Shown: positions 11,211 to 23,330 of the stretch, piece by piece
How positions within the stretch are numbered: the first letter of the stretch is position 1
How the letters are laid out: each line of letters opens with the position of its first letter
NCBI RefSeq assembly: GCF_009914755.1
Contig: NC_060925.1
Source: the human T2T-CHM13v2.0 reference genome, Homo sapiens
DNA: 64,000 bases
Strand: one strand, 5' to 3'
Position numbers and translations under genes: made by a program
The notes under the pieces: generated by a model
The model's database searches: none
The model's input: the letters and a program-made list of their open reading frames with translations, nothing else
What the model was told of the DNA's origin: nothing

Positions 11211-13081
11211 TCTTCTAAAACATATTGGGCATCACCATTTGCCAGGCACTGTGGGTGAGATGTCAAGGTTCACATATAGGCTCAGCCGACTCCTGAGCTC
11301 ATAGAATTAACCCTGTCCTCTACCATCTGGGCTGAGTAGGGGACAAGCTGCAGGGGCCAATTCTCATCACTCTTGTGGAGCCCCACTGGGGCTGCTGCCT
11401 GCGGTGGAAGGCTAAGAGCAGAATACTCAGACACTTTATCAGGGCAGATCGGGGAGCCCAGTCATCCCTAACTCATGAAGAGAGACCTACAGCCCTCTCT
11501 GCCGGTGGCATGACATGCCTCTCCAGGCTGCCCCGCCACCAGCAGGCACCAGGGCTGGCACTATCTCCAGCCGCATCTCCTCCGGGCATTGGGAGCCGCC
11601 AATCCTGGCTTTTCGCATTGTTGGTAAACAAGTCTACCCACCAGCCAGGCCTAGGCTCCCTGCTCCCCCACGAGGCAGCCAGCGCCGGATTTATGAGGCC
11701 TCCAAACCTCATTCAGACTAATGCAGCTTTTCATTCCCAAATAAAAGGGGCTGCTGTCTGAAAGGACAAGTGCTCCCGCATTTCATTAACATCCCTGAAA
11801 ACGGCTGAGCTGGCCCGAGTTCCTGCCAGCGAGATTCATGTCTCCCACTGGCTCACAGGTGGGTGGTGAGGGTAGGATTTCCAGGAAGAAACCCAAGACT
11901 CCCAGCCCCCTCCCTGGCCTCGTCCCCCCACCCCTCCCCAGCTACTTTGGGTGAGGGACGGGGCACCCAGTGGTGGCCGATCATGCTCTTTGGAGGAGCC
12001 CCCTGTGCACGTGTTTTGTTTAGACTGATCCACTCTGGCTCTCAACCCCCCCCACAATCGCAGTGAGTGATGATGCCCTGGGCTCGAGTTACCGAGATTC
12101 ATGATCTCTGCTTCCCTGGGAAACCACGGAGTAGACGTGTGCAGTGGCTGAGTGCAGATTCCTAGGACTTGAGTGCCCTCTGCCGAGGCCTGCCTACCTT
12201 CAGCTCCCTTCCTGCTACCCAGTAGGCAGGCTGCTGGTCGTGGCTGGACGCTGAAGCCCTGGGGCTTCAGCCACTCCCTTAAATGTCCTACCATGGGGCC
12301 AGGCTGCTCTACAAGCCTGCACCTGGGGTGCCTTGCTGAGAATGGGGGAGGGGCTCCCTTGCCCCATCTCACCCCAGCATGGGGCCATGATGAGAGGAAG
12401 GCAACCGCCAGCCCTTGCCTGATCTTTGCCAACTGCCTGAGCAGGGAGGGAAGAGAAGAGGCCTTCCCTGTAGCCTACTCTATTGTACAGTGTTCTCTCA
12501 ATGGCAAAGTGCGTGCTCACCACAAAAGCCGTGCCCCAGCCCTTTGCAGGACACCGTGACCTGCCTTTTGGCTCAGAGACAGGGACCCTTTCATCACCCT
12601 GGGGCTTTTGTCCCTCATCCCAGTCCCAAGGGAACAGCACAGCCAGGCTGCCACCTGAGCAAGCAATAAGCCCAGCGAAGGTTGCGTCACCTTAGATTTT
12701 TGTCAACAGTCAGGCAAGCTCCTTCCCACTGAAGTCAATTCCTGTGTTTATTGTCAGCTTAACCCACTGCTGTGAGTTATTTCTCAGCAGTGAGGGATAC
12801 AGGTAGACAAGCCACCGGAGATGTGTTATTTTACTGACATCTGTGTTTCAATAGTTCGGGTGCGGTTCTGGTGGAGGAAGAAAGGGATACACAGCAACCC
12901 CATTTGTATCTATACATAATGGAACAGAAGCTGATGGGCTGGAAGCAGAGTGGGTTCTGCTGCCGTGTGAGGAGCACTGTGGGGAGAATTATGCACAGGG
13001 AACGAACCAGCACCTCCTGGCCTCCCAGGTTCTGGCAATAGGCTCCCTTTCTTCAGCACCATGGGTGGGGACCAAAGTTGC

Positions 13082-13535
13082 TTGCTCACTCACTCGCTCA
13101 TTCATCCATTCCCTAATTAATTTATTCATGTACTCATTCATTCCATCACATCCATTCACTCATTCATCTGTTTATAGGATCATCCATTTATTTTCATCCA
13201 CTCAATCACTCACTTGTTCATTTACTCAGTCCCTTACCCATTCATCTACTCACCATTCAGTGATTCTCTGATTACTTCTTCCAATCCCTCAATGACCCAC
13301 TCATTCACTTATTCTTCCATTAATTTTGCTTATTTGCTCACTTGCCCCCTCACGCATTTTCTTACTTACATTCATCTGCTTACTTATTATTCACTCATCC
13401 ATTCATTCATTGACTTAGCCATCTATTCTTTCTTCAATCACCCAGTTGTTCATTCATTCATTTACTTTCAGTCCTCTGCTTGGTCACCCACTCACTCATT
13501 TACTCACACACTCATCCATTCACTTGCTCAATCAC
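13082..13535 (+). repeat. Degenerate (TCAT/TCCA/TCAC)n low-complexity repeat
   Basis: ~450 bp of CATT/CACT/CATC units. Confidence 0.85.
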
Positions 13536-15389
13536 TCTGTCCCTCATGCACTGCCTCCTCACCACACCCAGCAAAGACATCTGCCTGCTCCTCCTGTCCT
13601 CAGTCACTTTGGGGTCTGAGCCTCAGACACTGCTGCTCCCGCCAGCCACCAGGTGTCCTGGCTTCTTCAGAGCCCCACTCTCATATCCTCCACTTTATGA
13701 TGAAATTCAGCAAACTTCAAGATTCTGCCAACATCCCTGACCCTGGAGAGGGTCTGGGCATTTGTCCTACGAGCAGGGACCAAGGCCCAGAAAGACCCAG
13801 AGTCCACGTCTGGTGATGGGCATAACATCCGAGGTGTCCCACAGTGCCACCTCACTGAGCCAAGAGCCATCCTGGCTTCCACTTACATCATCTCTTGTTG
13901 TCTTTGGAACAACCCAGGGATGCAGGAGGGAAGAAATGGGCTCAGAGGAGTCAAATATTACTGGGGAGGGCAGAAGTAGGCCCGTATTGTTGTTCAGATG
14001 ATGGGGAGAGAACAAATACATGAATGAATGTGAGAATGAATAAATGAGGTAACATGAAAGAATGAGCAAATGAATTAAAAAGTGGATGAATGAATGACTA
14101 GATGAATGACTCCTGCCCAAAAAGTAAGTGGCAAACAGCTTCTGACCCAAGTGACTGAACTCCCAGTCCAGTACTCTCTCCACTGCTTAACAATTGCTGC
14201 CCTGGATCCCTGACCTTGCAGGAATCGGTGGGGGGAGGGGAGACAAAACTAGAGCATGAATTAGCCAACAATAGATTTTTGTAGAGAAGTGTCTCCCTCA
14301 GAGGCTGCGGTGAGCCAGTTCTCAGCTGCACCTGTCCCCTCATGGGCAGGAGGCTGCCATCATCCCTCCTTAGAGAGGCAGAGAGAGAGAGACAGAGTGA
14401 TCCTTGAAAATCCAATCACTCAGTGATAAGAAAATAAACAAGTGAACTTCTCCAAGTTTGCCAGACTTCCCTGCCCGAGGCCAGCTTAATTAAAGTTGAT
14501 GTAGAATTTTAAAGTGGGAAAATAATTAGGGCAAGTGGCAGAAAAGAGAGAGGAAAAAACACATTGTTTTGTTCTGTGTTTTGCTCACTCTTAATTATGC
14601 CACAGACTGTCTCTCCTGTGGATCCCATCCCAAGTCTGCCCTCCGCCAAGATTCCAGTAGGTGGTACACTGTGTGAGTGGCACAGGCACACCTGTGCCTC
14701 TCTGGCACACAGGTATGGAGCTTCTCTGCCTGCAAGACAGGCAAGGCGCCAGACAGCCAGGCTTGGAGTGGAGATGAGCACGTGTCCCGGACACTCAGGA
14801 GGAGGAGCCAGGGGGAGATGGAGACAGAGGCAATGGGAAGAGATGCTGCCTCCCTGCCCCAGGTCCAGAGGGGAGTGGGCACTGGGTTCCTCCCTCCCTG
14901 TGATGCCAGACATGGGCCTTAGTCAGGACATTTCTAACCCCAACCTTGAGGGACGGCAGATCCCTAATGATACAGCCTCTGTCCTGCCTTGCTCCAGGGA
15001 GACAAGATTTTCCAGCAACCACCAAATGTTGGAGGAAGTACTTGGTGTTTGGCCCAGAATGGGGCTGGGGCTGGTTAGAATGCTGGCTGCAGCAGGTGCT
15101 AGGACTCAAGCCTACCCCACACCCAAGCACCTCTGTGTCCAGATGTGCCTTGCTTTGTTGCTGTTCTTCCTTCTGGCAACAGGGCAGAGAGGCTGAGCAC
15201 CAGCTTCATGAACTGATTAGAGGCAAAGGCAGCCTGGGCAGGGGAGAGTTACAGGCTCCTTGGGGGAAAGAAAAGGAGGAAATTCCTTTAGGTTTCATTG
15301 AGGGGAACTGGGCATGAATGAATACCTGTCCCTGGTGCTGTGCCTGTACACACACAAGCACACCAGTACAGGTACATGCCCATACTACT

Positions 15390-15418
15390 GCACACACACG
15401 CACACACACACACACACA
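15390..15418 (+). repeat. (CA)n microsatellite (second one at 15783-15805)
   Basis: Direct reading. Confidence 0.9.
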
Positions 15419-15449
15419 GAACTACCAACATCCACCCACGACTCGGGAA

Positions 15450-15680
15450 AGCATGAACTCTGCAGCCAGACAGCCTGTCTTCAAATCAGCTGTGCCTCTT
15501 ACCAGCTGAGCATCCCTGGACAATTTACCTAATTTTCTGTGCCTCTATTTCCTATCTATAAAATGGGGATAATAATAGTATCTGCCCTGCAGGGCTGTTG
15601 TGAGGATTAAATGAGGTAATACATGTGATATGCTTAGAACTGTGCCTGGCACATTGTAAGGGCATGTCACACTTAGCGAT
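15450..15680 (+). mobile_element. MIR
   Basis: TCTGTGCCTC...TATAAAATGGGGATAATAATAGTA...GTTGTGAGGATTAAATGAG...GTGCCTGGCACA. Confidence 0.85.
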
Positions 15681-18336
15681 CAACTGTCTCTGCTGCTTGG
15701 AAGTGTCAGACTCCTGAGTAGAGCCTTGGGGGAACTCTCTCCAAGCCTCCAGCAGGAAGAACAGTGTGTTTGTGCATGCACGCACACACACACACACACA
15801 CACACTCAGATGGATCCCTGGCCTCCAGGTTCACCAGGTTGCATGTGAGTGGGGTAGAAAAGGCTCAGAAAGACTGACACATGTCAGGCTGCTCCTCTAC
15901 TCTCCCCCATCCCTGACCACATGGAGCGGGTCTGCAGAAGCTGTGGGGTTGCTGAGTTGAGGGTCTTTGTGTTCATCCAGCAGGCTGGCTGGCTGCCTTG
16001 AGGGAAGGAAATCCTATGGCTTGCACCCCAAACCTGCTGTCAGATTTTGACATTTCTCCAGGATCCCTCCTCCCTAGCAAGCCCTCACCCCTACCCACCT
16101 TGGCTTCCTCTTGGTCCTGACCTTAGTGATATTCCCCGCTTCTCCCTGCATCTCTGTCCAAGATCTCCCCATCCCCAGAGAACCTGCCCAGTATCTGACC
16201 TGAGGGAACAACTCAGGAGGATCCATTTAAAAAGAAGGACATGCCCCTCCCAGAGCTACCCAGAACTGGGACCCTTCGTAAGCCTCGGGGCAGGGGGTGG
16301 GGGGCTGGGACCCTGAGGACTCAGAGGCAGCTCCGAGGCCTGGGTGCTGAGTGTTGCTCTGTCTCCCAGGGGCCAGAAGGAATGCAGCTGTGGAGGCAGA
16401 CAGTCAGGAGAGGCTTGGGCTGGAGCCTGGGCAGGGGATGGAAGAAGCTTAGCTGTAGGAACCAGCCCCAGCTCTGTGTTATCTCCGAGGCAGCAGGGGG
16501 ACTGTGCGGCAGGGATCCCAGTTCTGCCAATCAGTTAATCCCAGGCTCCAGCCTTCCACCTGGGTTTGGTTGGGTTGAGTAAATGAACCGGGGACAGGTG
16601 CCAGTGGCCACAGCCTCCTTTCTCTGAGTTGCCTTCATTTCATTCTATTCACTCAGCCAGCCAAGTCCCTTTGCTCTCAAGCTTACACACATGTCTCTTC
16701 CAAGCACCAGGACACTCAGAGAAGCACAGAGGTTGAGGACAGACAGGAACCAGGTGATGGGGATGGAGAATAAGCATCTGATTAGCCATTCTTTAGGGAT
16801 AGGAGGGAATCCAACAAGGCCCAGGGACCCTCCCTGCCAAAAGGACAGGAGGCTCCCTACGCTTCAGGTCAGGGCACTTGGGCCATTGATGGTGGCCTCA
16901 CTGCCCCAGGGAAGAGAGGAGCATGAAGGAGCAGCTGGGATGGGGCCACTGATGGCTTTTTACAGGACTCTTCTTCTGGGCATACCCCCACCCCCACTCC
17001 AGAGAGCCCACTGGGAAGGACATGCTCCAGGGAGTCCCCAGTTAGGTGGTCATTATCTTGCTAATTTATGCTCTGTAGCCAGAAGCCAGGACATAAAGGC
17101 AGGGGTATGGACTAGAATTCCACAGCCTATGGTGGGAAGTTTGGGGCTGGTCCTGCGTCCACACAGCACACATACCATTGAGTGAAACATAGAGACAATT
17201 TTCTAGATAATGCAAAGGAACACTCTTACACCAATCACACTTCAAGTTAGTCCCAGAACTCTACCCAGCTGCTTCCCTCAACCATGTCTTTATGATTTTT
17301 TTTCAAGCATTCCTGGTGACCCACTGTCACAGGGGGAGTAGGAGGGGCCGAGATGGCACAGGAGGGCTGTAGGGTCATAGCTGAAATCCAAGGGGACAAA
17401 TGGGAGATGCTGAGGGCACAGGCAGGAAGAGAGGGGATGTGGGTAGAGATCAGGGAGACTCAGAGAAAGATAAAGGGAATATGTATAGGGTTTGAGGGGA
17501 TGGATGAGAACTTGAGAACCCACACAGGGGACAAAGGACAAACTAAAGGTCATACACAAGGTAGGAGTTTTCGACCCAGACTGAAGTTGGAGGAAGATGG
17601 GTAGGAGTTATAATGACCTAGAGAAGAGCAGAAGGGACAAAGTTGGGGACTTGGAGGACAAGGAAAGGGACTCTCCTCTATAAGCAGCTCCCAGCCTTGA
17701 AGAGAGAAAAAGCACAAATGAAGGCTGATGGTGGGTGGAGGAGGAAGAGGAGGAGTAGAGGATGAAATATATTGCCAAGAATAGCTGCTGAAACAACCAA
17801 GAGTTGAAGGCCAAGTTTAGCATATGCTCTTGAGAGGACATTTGCAGAGCCAGATCCCTGAGGCCCCACCTAGGTCCTGAAGCATCATCCACACACTAAC
17901 CAGGAAGCCAGGGATGGTGCATTCCCAGAGTACCCAGCGTGTGCTCAGGGGCCACCTACTCTGCCCAGCTCTGTGTCCTCGCTTTTGAGGAGCTCGCGGG
18001 ACACCAGGAGAGCCAGGCCTGGAAACGGAGCATTCCACGTATTGGGACAAGCATTGTACTGGCAGGCAGACGTGGGCACTGTGGGAGCCCAGATGAGGGA
18101 GAGCCCTCAACAAAATCCAGTGGCTTCCTTGATCAAGATGAGAGAGGAGTTTAAGCCCAGGGAAGCAGCCTCAAGTCCAGGTAAGCATTGAACAAGCTCC
18201 TGTAGGATTTACTGTCTCTGTCCTTTCCCCACAGCACCACCAGCCCTGAAGTCAGGCTCTGAGTTCCCCTCTCCAGCCCCACTCCACCTCCAAGGCTGAA
18301 TTGTCTCACTAGGATCACCTGGGGACTTTTTTAAAG

Positions 18337-18470
18337 AAGGCGTTATTGCAGTATCATTTACATACCATAAACTTCATCCATTTAAACTGTACAATTTAAT
18401 GATTTTTAAGTAAATTTGCAGACTTATGCACCCATCACTGCCATCCAGTTTTAGAACATTTTAATTTTTA
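18337..18470 (-). mobile_element. L1M (L1MB-like) 3' end fragment
   Basis: TTTACATACCATAAA...TGTACAATTTAATGATTTTTAAGTAAATTTGCAGA...TTTTAGAACATTTT. Confidence 0.7.
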
Positions 18471-18484
18471 AATGAAAATATAAA

Positions 18485-18780
18485 GGTGAATGAGGTGGCA
18501 CCTAAGGAGGTGATTAGGAATGGATCCTTGTCACTATCTTGGGAATGGGCTTGTTATCGTGACAGTGGGCTGTTATAAAAGCAAATTCCGCTCTCTCTTG
18601 CGCCCTGCACTCTCTTTCTCTTCCTTCTTCCTCCGTGGGATGACGCGGCATGAAGGCCCTTGCCAGATGTAGTGGGCCCCTCAATCCTGAATTTCCCAGC
18701 CTCCAGAAGTGAAAGAAAGAAATCTCTGCTCTTTATAAATTACCAAGGTTCCGGTATTCTGTTATAATAGTACAAAACGC
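18485..18780 (+). mobile_element. MST-type MaLR LTR fragment
   Basis: GAGGTGATTAGG...GTTATAAAAGC...GAAGGCCCTTGCCAGATG...CCCAGCCTCCAGAA...CTTTATAAATTACC...GGTATTCTGTTATA. Confidence 0.8.
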
Positions 18781-19014
18781 TGTATCTCAGCCACTGTTGG
18801 AGGGACCTTTCCAAAATGCAAAATGCAAAGGAAGCGGGGGCTGTTCCTCTGCTCAAAACCCTCTAATGGCTCCTGGACAAGTGTCTCGGGGTGGGATAGC
18901 CATAAGAAGTAAATCATAAGCAGAGGCACTTGGGGACTTGGGGGACACGGAAGGGGAATCTCCTCTATAAGCCCCTCCCAGCCTTGAAGGAGAGAAAAAA
19001 CACAAATGAAGGCT

Positions 19015-19592
<578 letters not shown>

Positions 19593-22095
19593 TGACTCCC
19601 CACCCTCTCCACCTCTTCCACCTGTTTCCACTTCAACCCAAACAGCCCATCTACTTTCATGCCTTTGCACGTTTACACAGTCTCTCCAGGTATGACACCT
19701 AGATCTTCCTGCACCCTTTTCTCCACTGGGAATTTCTGCTTATGCTTCAAAACCCAACTTCAATGTCAGTTCTTTTGTGATCCTTTCTACAACTTCCCCA
19801 GACAGAGTTAACTGTTGCAGTCCCTGTGTTTTCCCTGGACTTTGCACTCATCTCAGTTAAGAAGTGGGTCTCTGAAGGCTGCAATTAGTGCTGTGTCCCA
19901 GTCCGTCTTCCCAGTCTATGAGCTTCTCTGGGTCAAGGGCAGTGTCTGCCTTGTCTCTATAACTCCCACAGTGCCTGAAATACATCATAGGCTTGTTAAA
20001 TTGCAATGGTCCAGTCAGAAAGGTGGGGTAGGGTGGGAGGGTCCTGCCATCTATTTTCAGTCTCCAGCCCGGTCTTCTGTCAAGTATAGCAGGCCCTCCC
20101 TTCACGGGGCCACAGCTGCCATTTTTAAAACTGCAAAGGACAACGTGTCTCCAACTGCAGAGGCAATATTGGTTTATTCTCCTCTATTTCCCAAGCACTA
20201 CCACATGGTCTATTACAGAGTGGGCACTCAGTAAATGCTCCTATGAATGGGTGTGTGAGTGAGGGAGTGAACGAGGCCCCATCCTCCAGGTTCCCTGACA
20301 AGGACTCTGTCTGGCTCATGTCCTCTTTCCACTTAAAGACGCCTGGATCTTTCCTAACTCCACTTATGCAGGAGGTTAATTCAAGTGCTTTCCAGCTTAG
20401 CAAGCAATAAACAATTTGGTGTTGCAGTGAGTTGTTCTGCATGCCATATTTATGGATCGAAATTGGGGGGAGGGGTTGGGGGCATTATTAAGTTCAGTGT
20501 TAACGGGGATGTTATATGCCCTTCCTTAATTACTTTCCTCTCTTTAATTAGATGTTTGGGGGAGGGGTGCTCCAGGGAGGGGGACTGAAAGTTACAGCAG
20601 AGAAGAAAAGCATTGGTGGCATTCTGCCATCTGATAGGACAGCAGTCATCCGTGGGGGGTCAGAAGGAGGAGGGGGAGGGGGCCATCTCCTCTCTAGAAG
20701 GGACCCTGAGCGTGGAGAATTCTGAGAGCATGCTTCCTCATGGTTCTTTTCTCCAGGGGCCCTGTTTTCCCTCTTGTTTCCCCTCGAGTTTCTCTCTTTG
20801 CACCAGCCAGGAGCGGTTCCAGCCTCCTCCCTGCTGAGCAGGCACCCCTCTCCTTTCTGACTCCAGGCAAAGGTCACAGGATGAACTGTCTGTAACACAG
20901 ATGCCCCTTTGCAGTGGTGCAACTGGGGGACCCTGGGCACCTCTTCTTCAGCCCAACAGGCCATAAGCTTGAGGGCAAGGTCTTCTTCCCAACATCCATC
21001 CCCTGTGGAGCACTTCCAAGTCCCTTCTTGTGGGCATCCAAACCAGATAATAACCCATGCAGACACCGTGCTAGGCGCTTCCCATTGACCTCATTTGAGC
21101 CTCTTGATGACTCTGGGAGGCACTGTCAACGACCCACGGTGAGTGACTGGCCTGAGTGGCACAGCTACTCGGCAAGTGTTTGATCCCCTCGAATCTTTCC
21201 CTGGCACTGATGCTGCCTGAGTAGAGCTTCTGCAAACTGAGAGCATGAGCTGCTGTTTCCCATAATGGACCAGAAGCCACAGGGGCAGCCAATGCACCTG
21301 CTCTGGCTGAATCAGGCATCTGAGGGTGGGGAGGGTTCCTCCAGGACCCAGTTGATGGGGACCCGGCGGGGCCCCCCATCTCTCACACATGCCGGCTTCC
21401 CATGCCAAGTCGCTTCCTCTTCTCCCCACTGCCTGTGGGGAGACGAGCTCCAAACCCAGCCCATCTGCTGCATTTTCCTGAGACTCCCGAGACGATCCAA
21501 TTCCGCACACCAGATGGGAAATAGCATGTACATTTCGGATGGTGATTAGTGTTTTTGTTTTTTTCCCCGAACGCTCACGTTAATGGCGCTCCTTCCTGAA
21601 AGCAAATTGGAAAGACTTCAGTTTGACGGAGCCTTGTCGACTTCCACCCCCCCGCCCCCGCTCAAATGCAAGCATGACTTTTCCAGGTTCTGTGCGCAGG
21701 GCTCTCGCCCCACCTCTGCCCCTCTGCCTAGGCCCACCATCTGCACTGACGGGGCCTCACGCTCTGCAGTGCAAAAACAGGGCAGGGGACAGGATTTCCA
21801 GGCTGCAAAAGGATTCCTTGTGGAGCCTGGTGATTTCCAAGGCAAATAACTCCAGCCAGGCCTCCTTGAAAACACCATGACACCCTCACGAACCCTGACT
21901 GAGACAGGGAGTTAGGACTTGATGGATAAACCTGGATTTTTCTCAGGGCTTGTGATTTGAGAGGAAGTTCATATATAGTGCCAAATTCGTAAAGGCTAGA
22001 ACTCATATCTTTCCATATATTGGAGCCAATACATAGCACGTAATAGGTGTCAACAGATGCTTGCTGAATGAATAAAAAAATGAATATAAGATAGA

Positions 22096-22442
<347 letters not shown>

Positions 22443-22839
22443 TCATTATCCAATATATTTGTAACAATACTCATTATCCAACATTTTTGTAATACACACA
22501 CACATCACTGTTTCTCTCCCAAAGAAGTGACATTAAGAAAATACATATTTTATATAACACATATGCATATTTATAAAGTATATCAAAACATATTTATGTA
22601 ACATACATATTACATAAAAGACACTCTGCAGTACTTTCACATGTTGCGTTGCTTGGCTTTCATAATAACTCTGTGGAAACCATGGTGTGGCTCTGAGAGG
22701 CCCCATAACATGGCCAGGTTACCACAGGTAGCAAGTGCTAGAGGGGAGATTTTGGTCCAGGTGTAGCTCACTTCAAAGGCCACAGGAACCCAGCAAAAGG
22801 TTTGGAATGGGAAGTGAGGTCCAGATTGTGCTTTTATAA

Positions 22840-23330
22840 ATGGCTCCACTTTCCCTGAACTGCATGGATTGGGACCAGAGGGCCTGGAGGCTGGAAGATG
22901 AGCTGGGGCCTATTGAGTAGAAAAAGTTTGTGCTGATAAAGTCCTGGCCCTGGATGACGGCGGTGAAAACAGAAAAGGGAATATTTCACAGGGAGGAGCC
23001 ACAGGCCTCCAACAGACAAGAGGTTAGAGATGAAGGAGGCTGGGATGGTGATGAATGCGATCCCAGGAATACTTAGGTCTGGAGGAAACACTGGTTTAGG
23101 GAAGAGGGTGATAAGGGACAATGGGACCATAGGGCTTGAGATGTACGTAGATCATCCATTGGAAGTAAGGCTTGAGAGCTCGGGAAAGAGGGCAGAGATT
23201 GGCCAGATAGATTTGGCAGTTTTATCTTCATGGAGAAGGAAGGAAGCAATGATCAAAAATGAGATCTTCTATAAAGTGTAGACCCAGGAGAAAAGAAGCC
23301 AAGAATAGACTCTGGAAGCCCAGTTACCTA
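22840..23330 (-). mobile_element. L2 fragment
   Basis: Purine-rich antisense L2-like motifs (GGCTGGGATGGTG, GAGAGCTCGGGAAAGAGG, ATAGATTTGGCAGT). Confidence 0.5.

Noticed and set aside
13214-13816. 200-aa His/Ser/Thr-rich ORF
   Set aside because: Arises from the TCAT/TCAC simple repeat.
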